Source of the DNA: Candidatus Cloacimonadota bacterium
GTDB taxonomy: Bacteria > Cloacimonadota > Cloacimonadia > JGIOTU-2
Direction: 5' to 3'
Length of the DNA stretch: 54,413 nt
Assembly (NCBI GenBank): GCA_030611765.1
Contig: JAUWPE010000001.1
Coordinates: forward strand, 1 to 54,413
Shown here: one piece after another, positions 17,393-26,616 of the stretch
How the letters are laid out: each line of letters begins with the position of its first letter
Numbering within the stretch: position 1 is the stretch's first letter
The notes under the pieces: model-generated
Seen by the model: the letters and a program-made list of their open reading frames with translations, nothing else
The model's database searches: none
What the model was told of the DNA's origin: nothing
Position numbers and translations under genes: made by a program

Positions 17393-17399
17393 TCTCCAA

Positions 17400-17580
17400 A
17401 CGCGGATAGACCGAAACCAAAATGACAAAACCACAGAGAGCACAGAGAACACTGAGAAAATCTCCTCTTGAGGGGAGTCCCCGATTTATCGGGGGAGGTG
17501 TGTTTAATTTGATATTCATCCCGAAAGCGTTCGAAATTTGTAAAAAAGTGAAAGGAATTTAGAATTAAGTGACTAAAGAG
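17400..17580. repeat. hairpin/word repeats including an orphan copy of the GxxExxY-cassette 5' repeat
   Basis: ATGACAAAACCACAGAGAGCACAGAGAACACTGAG (17422-) shares CAAAACCACA and CAC-heptad periodicity with the 5' end of the GxxExxY gene (9336-9355, minus). TCCCCGATttATCGGGG hairpin. The 18-mer TAGAATTAAGTGACTAAA recurs near 52466. Confidence 0.55.
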
Positions 17581-17674
17581 TTTGGATATTCATAAACTCT
17601 ATAAAAATGAACCTTCTATGTTTGAGCAAGAACTGATAATTAGTATAATAAAGTAAATGAAAAAAGGGGATAAC

Positions 17675-20050
17675 ATGAAAAAAATTTGGATTTTTTGTGT
17701 GATAATTTTGGCGAGTATAAGTTCGGTCAATGCCTTTGATTATACCTATTTTCCCACAGCAACGACGGATGATTTCCTGGCGACAAAAGTGAATCCTGCT
17801 GCCTTGGGATTCGGAAACGCATCGGGAGTGGGATATCTTCACTCCTTCCAGGATAAGCAGATAAAGAAAAACTGGGCGCTGTTCCTGAATTTCAAGGATT
17901 TCGGGTACTGCTATGAAAAGATGGATTCAACGGAACTACACACCATTTCTGACGGATTGAAGCTCGTGAAGAATGTGTATTTTGGTACGGATTATATGTG
18001 GAAACCAGCAGGATTCCGGAAAGGTGATTGGAGCTTATATCTGCTTTCCCGACCATGGGATTTCCTTTCCCTTGCCGGCTCATGGCGAAATATTTCTAAG
18101 ACCAATGAAAGCTACACATTGGGTTTTGGACTTCGTCCAATAAGAGTAAAAGGCAGATTCTGTTATAAGATCACCCTGACCTGCGATGTGACCTACGAAA
18201 ACGATGAGTGGAGAAAGCCGATTGCAGGTATTCAAACTAACTTCCTTGATGGCGTTCATTTGAATGGCTATTATGATTTCGAGAACGAAGGCATATCATT
18301 GGGCGTTGGATTTGATATTTCGCACTTCAAGACCGGAGCGCAGTACAGTGATAAGAGCAAAAGCGGCATGGTGTATGGTAACATATCGAAAAAGTGTTAT
18401 CATTCTTTCCTAACATCCGATAAGCAGAATAAGTTTTATGATTACAACCTCTCCGGCGTAGTTTATGATGTCCGACCCACGCAAAAAATCGGTCCTTTTG
18501 AAATCGTGTCATCTTCAGGAAATACAATGGAAGAGATCATAGAAAAGGTGAAAACGCTGAAAAATGATGACAGAATACAGGGAATTATCTTTCAGTCCGG
18601 AAACCTGGGTGCAGGGTTGGCAAAATTTCAGGAACTTCAGGATGCATTTATAGATTTTAAATCTACAGGCAAGAAAATAATTTATTATTATGATTATATC
18701 ACTAATTCCAACTATGTGTTTGCCTCGTCCATTGCCGATAAGATCTATCTCAATCCCGGTGGTATTCTTGATCTGAGGGGAATTTCCGCATCCATTCCTT
18801 ATATAAAGGGCTTGCTTGACACACTCGGTATTGATGTGATAAGATTTCAGAGCCATGCATACAAAAATGCTGCAAATATGTTCACAGAAACTCACATGAC
18901 CGATGCAGAGCGCGAAATGTATGAAGATTTTATCTCGGAGCTGTACGCACAGATCGTTCTTATGATATCCGAAGGCAGAGATATGACTGACGAACAGGTG
19001 AGAACTGCTATTGATAATGGACCTTATCTTCTTGCAGAACGGGCTCTTGATGCAGGACTAGTTGACGGCTTGCTCTATCGGGACCAGCTTGAGGATACAT
19101 TGAAAGCTCTTTACGGCGACATGGAGGTCACAAAGCAGTATAAGATAAATGAGCACAGGTTGGATTGGAGTGATAATCCCACTGCGAAAATCGCTGTCAT
19201 TTATGCAATTGGGAACATTCATTCCGGCGAGAGCACTCCGGGTGAATCCATAGGTGATAAAACCTATATGGAGGCAATAGAGCAGGCGCGAAATAATCCC
19301 TCCGTAAAAGGTATTATCTTGCGAATTGATAGCGGAGGTGGTTCAGCGCTTGCATCGGAAAATATCTATCGTGAAGTATTGCTTTGCAAAGAAGGAGAAA
19401 ACAAAAAACCTGTAGTATCATCCTTTTCCGGTGTTGCCGCTTCCGGTGGATATTACATCGCTTGTCCTTCCGATAAGATATTTGCAGAGCCGACTTCCGT
19501 TACCGGATCCATTGGCGTGATCGCTGCGGTTCCGAATTTTACAAGATTGTTTGAAAAGATACATATAAACTGGGATAATGTAAAAGAGGGCAGAAATGCC
19601 GACTTTGCTTCGATCAGCAGACCTATGACTGACGAAGAAAAGAAGATGATCACGGAATCCGTGAGCGCTGGATACCAAGATTTTGTAGGCAAAGTTGCAA
19701 AGAACAGAGATATGACCTATGAAGAAGTGGATGAGGTTGCCAAGGGGCGTGTGTGGTCCGGCACAAGAGGGCTGGAGTTCGGACTTATCGATGCTTATGG
19801 CGGCATGAAAGAAGCAGTCGATGAGATAAAAAAAATAGCGAATATTGAGAAGGATGTCGAGCTTGTTACCTTCCCAAGGAAAAAATCTGCCTTCTCAATT
19901 AAGCTTGGCATGGAGACTCCGGGTTTAAAATTGAATGATCTTCCTCATGAAATCAGAATTCTTATCGAGAAAATTCAAGAATCGACCTTTTACAATGAAG
20001 AGCGAATTTATTTCCTCATGCCCTATATTATGCCGGAGATACTTGAATGA
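17675..20050 (+). CDS. sppA: signal peptide peptidase SppA (67K type) with long N-terminal extension
   Basis: Two tandem ClpP-like S49 domains (IQGIIFQSGNLGAG...; VKGIILRIDSGGGSA...SGVAASGGYYIA). Start set at MKKIWIFCVIILASISSVNA (GGGGA upstream); the track start 17657 is also possible. The first ~250 aa are not S49-like. Confidence 0.85.
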   Translation: MKKIWIFCVIILASISSVNAFDYTYFPTATTDDFLATKVNPAALGFGNASGVGYLHSFQDKQIKKNWALFLNFKDFGYCYEKMDSTELHTISDGLKLVKNVYFGTDYMWKPAGFRKGDWSLYLLSRPWDFLSLAGSWRNISKTNESYTLGFGLRPIRVKGRFCYKITLTCDVTYENDEWRKPIAGIQTNFLDGVHLNGYYDFENEGISLGVGFDISHFKTGAQYSDKSKSGMVYGNISKKCYHSFLTSDKQNKFYDYNLSGVVYDVRPTQKIGPFEIVSSSGNTMEEIIEKVKTLKNDDRIQGIIFQSGNLGAGLAKFQELQDAFIDFKSTGKKIIYYYDYITNSNYVFASSIADKIYLNPGGILDLRGISASIPYIKGLLDTLGIDVIRFQSHAYKNAANMFTETHMTDAEREMYEDFISELYAQIVLMISEGRDMTDEQVRTAIDNGPYLLAERALDAGLVDGLLYRDQLEDTLKALYGDMEVTKQYKINEHRLDWSDNPTAKIAVIYAIGNIHSGESTPGESIGDKTYMEAIEQARNNPSVKGIILRIDSGGGSALASENIYREVLLCKEGENKKPVVSSFSGVAASGGYYIACPSDKIFAEPTSVTGSIGVIAAVPNFTRLFEKIHINWDNVKEGRNADFASISRPMTDEEKKMITESVSAGYQDFVGKVAKNRDMTYEEVDEVAKGRVWSGTRGLEFGLIDAYGGMKEAVDEIKKIANIEKDVELVTFPRKKSAFSIKLGMETPGLKLNDLPHEIRILIEKIQESTFYNEERIYFLMPYIMPEILE

Positions 20051-20180
20051 ATTATACCTTGCGAATGGTTAAATTCAGGAAACCTTCTCTAAAGCTCAGC
20101 GATGAAGAGCGAAGAGAGAGGAGAGATAAAAGAACAAGGGGTAGAGACGGGTTTATCCCGTCGGTAATAATAAACACAGC

Positions 20181-20299
20181 AAATAGACTCTTCGACTATA
20201 CCTTTGCACTCCGTGCTTCAGGTATGCTCAGAGTGACAATGTTTATAATTTAGAGATCCTTTTTGGAGTGCATCCGCCAGCTGGCGGATGCAAAAGCAT
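20181..20299 (-). repeat. ~120-bp composite repeat, copy B
   Basis: Reverse complement matches 11074-11193 with 2 mismatches. Palindrome GCATCCGCCAGCTGGCGGATGC at 20270-20291. Confidence 0.9.
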
Positions 20300-20455
20300 T
20301 GAGCACATAAACCGAAAGAGTTCTCCACTCCAAATAAAAAAGGGCATGTCATTCCCGTGAAAACGGGAATCCAGAATAATAATAAATCTTTGTCGGAGAG
20401 CATGTCTTAAGTTGGAAGGTGCATACGAATTACTTATTACAAGCTCTTCGATTTA

Positions 20456-20767
20456 TGACAAGATAATTCTTATAGACTTGAATCGCAGCGAGCAAAGCGA
20501 CCCTGTGAAATCCCAATGAAATATATAAAGATGCGATTTCACAGGATAAATAAAAAACAGATTTCACCCATGTGTAATAAAAGATATAAGAGATTACACA
20601 GGGTAAACGGGTTAAAAGTGTGATTCGAGGACTGGATGCACATCCTCGCTTCATACTTCGCCACGAAGCAAGTCTGTGCACGATATCCTTCTAAGATCAA
20701 CATTCGTTAATCGATATTCAACATTTAGTACAACCCGAGTCGTTCCCTTCACGACCGACTCGTGTTT
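20456..20767 (-). repeat. ~310-bp composite repeat, copy B
   Basis: Reverse complement matches 10625-10934 (6 substitutions, 1 indel). Confidence 0.9.
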
Positions 20768-20773
20768 AAGATT

Positions 20774-21169
20774 TTATCCTTCCGGTATCTTCACAAATAT
20801 TTTTCTCTGGCGCGGTCCATCAAACTCGCAGAAGAATATTGCCTGCCACGTGCCGAGCACAAGAGATCCATTCTCGATCATCACCATTTCTGAAGCACCG
20901 ACAAGAGTAGATTTTATATGTGCAGCAGAATTTCCTTCCATGTGCTGATAATTATCCCGAAGAGGAACGATCTTATCGAGTTCCTTCATTATGTCTTTCA
21001 TAACAGAAGGATCAGCCCCCTCATTAATGGTCACCGATGCGGTGGTGTGGGGAATAAATAAGTGAACAATTCCATCAACAATGCCTGATTCATCTACAAG
21101 GTTCTGGATTTGAGCCGTAATATTGATCATATCAAATTGTGAAGCGCTTTTTATAGAAATTAATTTCAT
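20774..21169 (-). CDS. yjbQ: YjbQ/UPF0047 family protein (secondary thiamine-phosphate synthase-like)
   Basis: 131-aa core MKLISIKSASQFDMINITAQIQ...HLFIPHTTASVTINEGADPSV...HMEGNSAAHIKSTLVGAS typical of YjbQ. The track ORF start at 21415 is an upstream extension overlapping the next gene. Confidence 0.85.
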   Translation of the reverse strand: MKLISIKSASQFDMINITAQIQNLVDESGIVDGIVHLFIPHTTASVTINEGADPSVMKDIMKELDKIVPLRDNYQHMEGNSAAHIKSTLVGASEMVMIENGSLVLGTWQAIFFCEFDGPRQRKIFVKIPEG

Positions 21170-21320
21170 ACTGTATCCTTTCTGAATGAAAAATGAATAT
21201 AAAAAATATTTTGTCAACCAAATTATTTGACAATTAAAATATCGTATCCCTATTTGACGTAGCATAATTGAAGCTACATAATATGTGTGAATAATAAAAC
21301 CGAAAAATTTAGGAGGTAGC

Positions 21321-21881
21321 ATGAAGAAAGTACTCTTCGGTTTGCTTATAGCAGTATTTGTCGTATGCGCCATTGGCTGCGGCGGCGGCGAAAAAACAGT
21401 GAAAGAATCCACCATTCCGGATTGGTTCTTGAATCCGCCAAAGGATACTGATTACCTTTTTGGTGTAAATTCAGGAACATCAACCATGATGCAGCTTGCA
21501 CTCGACAAAGCAAAAGCTGGCGCACGTGCAGATATTGCACAGCAACTTGAAACAAAGGTTTCTGTTCTTGTAAAGAGTTTCCAGGAAGAAGTCGGAAGCG
21601 GCGAAGATGCAGAATTGAATGCATTCTACAGCCAGACTATGAAGAACATCGCCAACCAGACGCTTAAGGGCAGCAGAGTTCGCGAGCAGAAAATCGTTCC
21701 AGAAAGCGGCGGTATGTTCAGGGCTTATATGCTCATGGAACTTCCCCTCGTGGAATTCAATCAGAATGTCGTAAAGAAAGTTAAAAACTTGCAGCTTTAT
21801 GACAGATTCCGTGCTTCTCAAGCTTTTGAAGACCTTGAAACTGATATTGAAAAATATCAAGAAGAGGAACAGAACGAGTAA
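21321..21881 (+). CDS. LPP20-family lipoprotein
   Basis: Lipobox VCAIGC after signal peptide. PDWFLNPPKD...YLFGVNSG motif typical of LPP20-like lipoproteins. Confidence 0.65.
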   Translation: MKKVLFGLLIAVFVVCAIGCGGGEKTVKESTIPDWFLNPPKDTDYLFGVNSGTSTMMQLALDKAKAGARADIAQQLETKVSVLVKSFQEEVGSGEDAELNAFYSQTMKNIANQTLKGSRVREQKIVPESGGMFRAYMLMELPLVEFNQNVVKKVKNLQLYDRFRASQAFEDLETDIEKYQEEEQNE

Positions 21882-21897
21882 TTGCCGTATGTTTTAG

Positions 21898-21933
21898 AAA
21901 ACCCTGGGAGCTTTTCCCGGGGTTTTCTTTTTT
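21898..21933 (+). terminator. rho-independent terminator/attenuator between the two LPP20-like genes
   Basis: Stem AAAACCCTGGGA (21898-21909) / TCCCGGGGTTTT (21915-21926) with one G-U pair and a 5-nt loop, followed by CTTTTTTC. Confidence 0.6.
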
Positions 21934-21939
21934 CAACTT

Positions 21940-22668
21940 ATGAAAAAGATCCTTCTTATACTGATCACAGTACTGCTGGTGTTCTCGTGCGCATCATCAC
22001 AAAAAAGTGTAAAAACTCACAAACAAACAAAATACCCCAAATGGTTCATCAATCCGCAAAATGCAGTAACCGGTTATGGACCTGTATATTTTTCTGAGGA
22101 ATCGAGTGCGAGAGAAGCGACCATGCACGCAGTCGATAATTTTGTGAAATTATCCCACTGCTATGTACTTGGCACTCAAACCTATATTCAGTCCATCAAA
22201 GGGCTGGACCTGGTGTACGATTCTCTCTTTATACATGTAGAGGAATCTCCTTCAGACGAAAAGACTCTACAAAAACACTTTGCCCATGCAGACACTTTTG
22301 CCACCAAAAATATTATGATCGTTATCCATTCTAATTCACCACTCGATGAGCTGAGCAAACTACTTGCATTTTCCCAAGAATGCGAATGGATCAGCACACC
22401 ACCTCAGGATAAAGAATATATCTATGCGATAGGTTCATGCAATCGGATCTTCAATGAACACAAAGCATGGGACAGTGCAGAAAACAATGCAATACTCAAC
22501 CTCGCCAGAAAAATATCCCTTGATAATGCAGCAGAAACGCTGGTAAATGAAGACAAACTAATGAGCAAGTTCGATGAAAACGTCAATGTTGAATTGCACA
22601 ATATCGAAGTAGTTGAACGCTGGAAGGACTCGAAAACAAATTCCTATTACGTGCTTATCCGCATGTGA
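21940..22668 (+). CDS. lipoprotein with two LPP20-like repeats
   Basis: Lipobox VFSCASS. PKWFINPQ near the N-terminus and a second WISTPPQDKEYIYAIGSC motif mid-protein. Paralogous to the upstream gene. Confidence 0.6.
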   Translation: MKKILLILITVLLVFSCASSQKSVKTHKQTKYPKWFINPQNAVTGYGPVYFSEESSAREATMHAVDNFVKLSHCYVLGTQTYIQSIKGLDLVYDSLFIHVEESPSDEKTLQKHFAHADTFATKNIMIVIHSNSPLDELSKLLAFSQECEWISTPPQDKEYIYAIGSCNRIFNEHKAWDSAENNAILNLARKISLDNAAETLVNEDKLMSKFDENVNVELHNIEVVERWKDSKTNSYYVLIRM

Positions 22669-22958
22669 TGGAGTTAGATAATTAACCCTTAAAATACAAA
22701 ACACCATATGAAGTATTTTATGAGTATTAAAATGAATAACGAGTGTTGCACTTATTACTTGAATCTACGAAAGTTTAAAACCTCATCCCCCGTTGAAATA
22801 CTCAGAAAGCTAAATTTCATGGGGTAAACTAACCTTCTCCTATTTGAGGAGAAGGCAATATTAAGGAATGTCAAAATTCAATTACCACTTCCAATTGAAG
22901 CTTGACTTGACACTAGCATTTATCTCAAATTTAATTGTGAATAAGCGTGTATAAAATA

Positions 22959-23303
22959 ATGTTAACCCAATGGATACTCTTTTTAATAATCTTTATTCCA
23001 ACAAAAACCATTACATTATGGATTATCAGCAAAATTTTGGCATTAGATGATCAAAGATTAAAAACGGCTTTTATAGTTACCTTGGGCATAACAGTTATCG
23101 TGGTTATAGGTAATCTTTTTAATCCACAGAGCTTTCATCTTTCAATTGTTATTTATCTATTAAATATTTTGATTATCATTTTGGGTTATTTTTTTATAAA
23201 AATTGTTTACGGTCTTGATTTGATGAAAACTATTGTGGTATTACTCGTATGGTCAATTCCGGATATATTTTTGAAAATTATCCACTTTAACTATTTTTGG
23301 TGA
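22959..23303 (+). CDS. small hydrophobic membrane protein, hypothetical
   Basis: ORF 22947..23303 (GTG); ATG at 22959. About four predicted TM segments. Very AT-rich relative to neighbours. No family recognised. Confidence 0.4.
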   Translation: MLTQWILFLIIFIPTKTITLWIISKILALDDQRLKTAFIVTLGITVIVVIGNLFNPQSFHLSIVIYLLNILIIILGYFFIKIVYGLDLMKTIVVLLVWSIPDIFLKIIHFNYFW

Positions 23304-23419
23304 TATTTGATAATAACTTAGTATTAATGAAGAAATTTGTTTTGCAATTTTGGAAAAGAGTTATTTTTTTCGTAAAGAGAAATAAGAAATTTGAATATTA
23401 AAAATATGAAGAGTGCATT

Positions 23420-23697
23420 ATGAAATTAGTTTATAAAGTAATTTTTTATACCTTTATTGCCATATATTTAGCTTATTGTGGAGAAAAATCGGGTAATGTG
23501 GAGATTATCAATAATCCTAAAAATCCTGATGTGGAGCAGATTCAGACAAAATTAATCAGATCAATCCCTTTGCAATTTGATGAAGAAGATTTTACTTCAT
23601 GGACCGTTGCGGATGAGAAAGTTTATTTTTGTAATATGATGCGACATAAGATAACTATTTTAAATTTTGATGGAAAAGAACATGCTCCAAGAAGCGG
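23420..23697 (+). pseudogene. truncated N-terminal fragment of a beta-propeller-type lipoprotein
   Basis: Lipobox LAYC, then ...IPLQFDEEDFTSWTVADEKVYFCNMMRHKITILNFDGKE resembles the first blade region of 6-bladed beta-propeller lipoproteins. The frame then continues only as antisense of the znuB 3' end. Confidence 0.35.
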
Positions 23698-24522
23698 TCA
23701 AATTTTTTTATGTATGAATCGCGTAAGGTTGATTGCAATGAGGTACACAAGTCCGCAAATGATGATGATCGTCGCACCGGTCGGAATGTTCGCAGTGAAG
23801 GAAATAGCGATTCCGCTCAAGGTGAAAACCATACCTAGCCCAATAGCAGAAAACATCATCGCGTGAAGGGTTCGTGTATATAAGCCCGCAATTGCAGCAG
23901 GCAGACTTAGAAGCGCAATCACGAGAATAATACCGACAATTTGGATCAGCACAACGATAGTAAGCGCAATAATACAAAGGAGAAGAATATACAGAAAATC
24001 GACAGGCAAGCCGCGCAATCGTGCCTGCTCCTCATCATAAGTGATCGCAACGAACTGCCTGTAATAGATCAGCACAATAATAATGATAAATATGTTGAGT
24101 CCTGCGAGTATGTAGAGATTCACAGACGAAACCATCAGTATATTTCCAAAAAGATAGGAAAGCAGATCTGCGCTATAACCGGGTGTGAGATACATAAAAA
24201 TCACTCCAACAGCCATGCCCATTGCCCAGAGCGCACTGATGACAGTATCTTCATGCTGGTTTGCTTTCAGCTTTACAAGTCCGATGATTATTGCAGACAA
24301 GATTGCAAAAACAAATGCGCCGATGATGGGTGGAATTCCAAAATAATATGCAATACCCACTCCTCCGAGAACTGTGTGAGCGATCCCTCCGCTGATAAAA
24401 GTTATCTTTTTTACAACTACGAAGGTGCCTGTTATTCCACACACGATACTCGCCAGGATTGCTGCTAGGACCGCATTTTGCAAAAATGTATATGTCGCGA
24501 TGCTCGAGAATAATTCACTCAT
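23698..24522 (-). CDS. znuB: zinc/metal ABC transporter permease
   Basis: 274 aa, 8-9 TM helices, ABC-3 family features. In operon with an ATPase and a His-rich substrate-binding protein. Confidence 0.85.
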   Translation of the reverse strand: MSELFSSIATYTFLQNAVLAAILASIVCGITGTFVVVKKITFISGGIAHTVLGGVGIAYYFGIPPIIGAFVFAILSAIIIGLVKLKANQHEDTVISALWAMGMAVGVIFMYLTPGYSADLLSYLFGNILMVSSVNLYILAGLNIFIIIIVLIYYRQFVAITYDEEQARLRGLPVDFLYILLLCIIALTIVVLIQIVGIILVIALLSLPAAIAGLYTRTLHAMMFSAIGLGMVFTLSGIAISFTANIPTGATIIIICGLVYLIAINLTRFIHKKI

Positions 24523-24524
24523 AA

Positions 24525-25271
24525 TTATAAGTTACAATGATGACGTAGAAATTTACTGTCTTCACTATAAATATCAAAAAGCGATTTTCCGGTGAGTTCT
24601 GCAACTGAATGCATTGATGCATAACGATTCAAGCAGCATATCTTGTTCACATAGGAGGAGACAAAACCAACATCATGAGTGATTAGAAGAATTGTTGTGT
24701 TCCTGTTGAGCATTTTGAGCGTATCGTAAATATCTTTTTCCATAGTGACATCCACGCTGGCAGTAGGTTCGTCCAGTAAAAGGATTTTTGGCTCGTTTAT
24801 CAGCGCCCTTGCAATCAGTGCACGCTGTTTCTGTCCACCTGAGAGTTCATGAAAATTTCTGTATGCCAGATTCCGGATATCTAATTTTTGCAAAAGGGAA
24901 AATGCTTTTTCCGTTACTTCATTTTTGTATGATGGGAAAAGCGAGTTTGAAGTAAGCGTATTCATTTTTACAATATCGACCACATTAATAGGATAATCTT
25001 TGTCAAAGATGCTGTATTGCGGCACATATCCGATGGATTTTCGTGCTTTTACCGGTGTTTTTCCCAAAATTGAAATCGTGCCCTTGCTTGGTTTTAGAAA
25101 TCCCAGTAGCAGTTTGATAAGTGTGGTCTTCCCAGCGCCGTTTGGACCGAGAATTGCAACGAAATCATTCCTGTCTATCTCGATGGAGATATTTTCGAGG
25201 ACCGGCTCGCCGTTGTAGGAGAAGTCCACATCGCGAAAAATTATGATCGGTTCGGGTGCATTATTCTTCAT
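24525..25271 (-). CDS. znuC: zinc/metal ABC transporter ATP-binding protein
   Basis: Walker A GPNGAGKTT, signature LSGGQKQR, Walker B LLLDEP. Start placed at MKNNAPEP (AAGGAAG 6 nt upstream) rather than the track start 25292. Confidence 0.85.
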   Translation of the reverse strand: MKNNAPEPIIIFRDVDFSYNGEPVLENISIEIDRNDFVAILGPNGAGKTTLIKLLLGFLKPSKGTISILGKTPVKARKSIGYVPQYSIFDKDYPINVVDIVKMNTLTSNSLFPSYKNEVTEKAFSLLQKLDIRNLAYRNFHELSGGQKQRALIARALINEPKILLLDEPTASVDVTMEKDIYDTLKMLNRNTTILLITHDVGFVSSYVNKICCLNRYASMHSVAELTGKSLFDIYSEDSKFLRHHCNL

Positions 25272-26175
25272 CGAGCACTTCCTTAAAAACATCAGCGATT
25301 GATTTCATATTTGTGATATAATTTTCTGCAAGCGGATCGATTGAGATGACTTTTCCCTGAATTGCCTGCGCTACAGTTTGTGCTGCCGACGTACTGAACT
25401 GTTTTTGCACAAAGATCACGCGAATATTTTCCTCTTTTGCATAGGCAATGATTTTGGTGAGCTGCTTTGGAGACGGAGATTTGCCCTCTATTTGTATCGG
25501 AATCTGGATCATGCCTAATTCGTCTGCAAGATATCCCCATGAAGGATGAAAAACGAGAAATTCTTTATGTTCAAGCTGTGACAGGTGCTCATCGAAATAG
25601 TGCTGAAGAGCAGTGAGATCATCCAGGAAATTTTGCAGATTTTCAGAATAAAAACCGCTATTTTCAGGATCGATAAGTTGAAGGTTTTTACAGATCGTCT
25701 GTGCCTGAACTTTCACGAGTTCGGGACTCAGCCAGATATGCGGGTCTTTTTGATGGGAGTGGTCATGATCTTCTTTTTTGCCATCATTATGCTGATGAGC
25801 CATTTGTCGCTGAAGTGTAATGAATGAATCCATCGAGCGCAAAGTAATACCTTCTCGTGTATCAACAATTTGCAATTCAGGATTAAGCTGTGCGAGCTTC
25901 TTCATCCAGATTTCTTCAAAGGGAACTCCAATGCGAAAATACAACTCTGCTCGAGAAATTTCTTTCATCTGAGAAGGGGTTGGCTCATAGGTGGCAGGGT
26001 TGTGTCCGGGAAGCACCATCACGTGGACTTCAGCATTATCACCAGCTATACGTTCAACAAAATATTTCTGCGGAAGCACGCTGACAAAAATATTGAGCTT
26101 ATCTGATTTTTCAATAGATTTCGTACAGTTCGTAATGAGAAAGAAGAGGATCAGCGCTGGCACATATTTTATCAT
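25261..26175 (-). CDS. znuA: zinc ABC transporter substrate-binding protein with His-rich loop
   Basis: Cluster A-I SBP fold features. Lipoprotein-like N-terminus (ITNC). Central loop HQHNDGKKEDHDHSHQKDPH characteristic of ZnuA. Confidence 0.85.
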   Translation of the reverse strand: MIKYVPALILFFLITNCTKSIEKSDKLNIFVSVLPQKYFVERIAGDNAEVHVMVLPGHNPATYEPTPSQMKEISRAELYFRIGVPFEEIWMKKLAQLNPELQIVDTREGITLRSMDSFITLQRQMAHQHNDGKKEDHDHSHQKDPHIWLSPELVKVQAQTICKNLQLIDPENSGFYSENLQNFLDDLTALQHYFDEHLSQLEHKEFLVFHPSWGYLADELGMIQIPIQIEGKSPSPKQLTKIIAYAKEENIRVIFVQKQFSTSAAQTVAQAIQGKVISIDPLAENYITNMKSIADVFKEVLDEE

Positions 26176-26597
26176 GATTCAAGACAATCCTTGCATAGAC
26201 CTTCAATCTGAAGAAAGTGTGTTTCTGCTTTGGACTGAAGTTGTTCTTCAACTGATTTTTTTATCTGCTCAAAATCGCAGTATTCAATGCAGGAAACCTT
26301 CTTGCACTTTCGGCAGATAAAATGATGGTGGCTATGCTTAATTGAGCAAAGAAAATAATAAAGCTGGTTGTCCCCCTTCTGTATTGAAGCGGCAATGCCG
26401 ATCTCTTGAAATTGCTGAAGGATCCTATAAACTGTTGGAAGTCCGACCTTTTGAAATTTTTGTTTAAGCAATACCCATAATTCTTGAGGAGAGGAATAGG
26501 TGTTTTTACTATTCATCACTCGAAGGATCTCAACTCTTTTTGGAGTTTTTTTCAAGTTATGATTTGCAAGCTGTGTAAAATAATGCTCGAGAGACAT
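26172..26597 (-). CDS. zur: Fur-family transcriptional regulator (likely Zur)
   Basis: 141 aa. Winged-helix N-terminus, HHHFICRKCKKV and CKDC (two CxxC pairs). First gene of the znu operon; its stop overlaps the znuA start (ATGA). Confidence 0.8.
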   Translation of the reverse strand: MSLEHYFTQLANHNLKKTPKRVEILRVMNSKNTYSSPQELWVLLKQKFQKVGLPTVYRILQQFQEIGIAASIQKGDNQLYYFLCSIKHSHHHFICRKCKKVSCIEYCDFEQIKKSVEEQLQSKAETHFLQIEGLCKDCLES

Positions 26598-26616
26598 GAT
26601 GCTCCTTTCTTCTAAA

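Larger units (their letters stand above)
20100..20770. repeat. mosaic array of palindromic hairpin modules (locus B)
   Basis: Fills the convergent spacer between sppA and yjbQ and starts within 8 nt of the yjbQ stop codon. Contains the two composite repeats listed separately plus ATTCCCGTgaaaACGGGAAT (20350-20369) and GACGGGtttatCCCGTC. Confidence 0.85.

Noticed and set aside
23941-24468. 175-aa plus-strand ORF; other long antisense ORFs such as 1564..2115, 8372..8776, 13987..14328, 15680..16060, 18515..18895 and 29926..30309
   Set aside because: Each is embedded antisense in a gene with strong family motifs and has no independent support.
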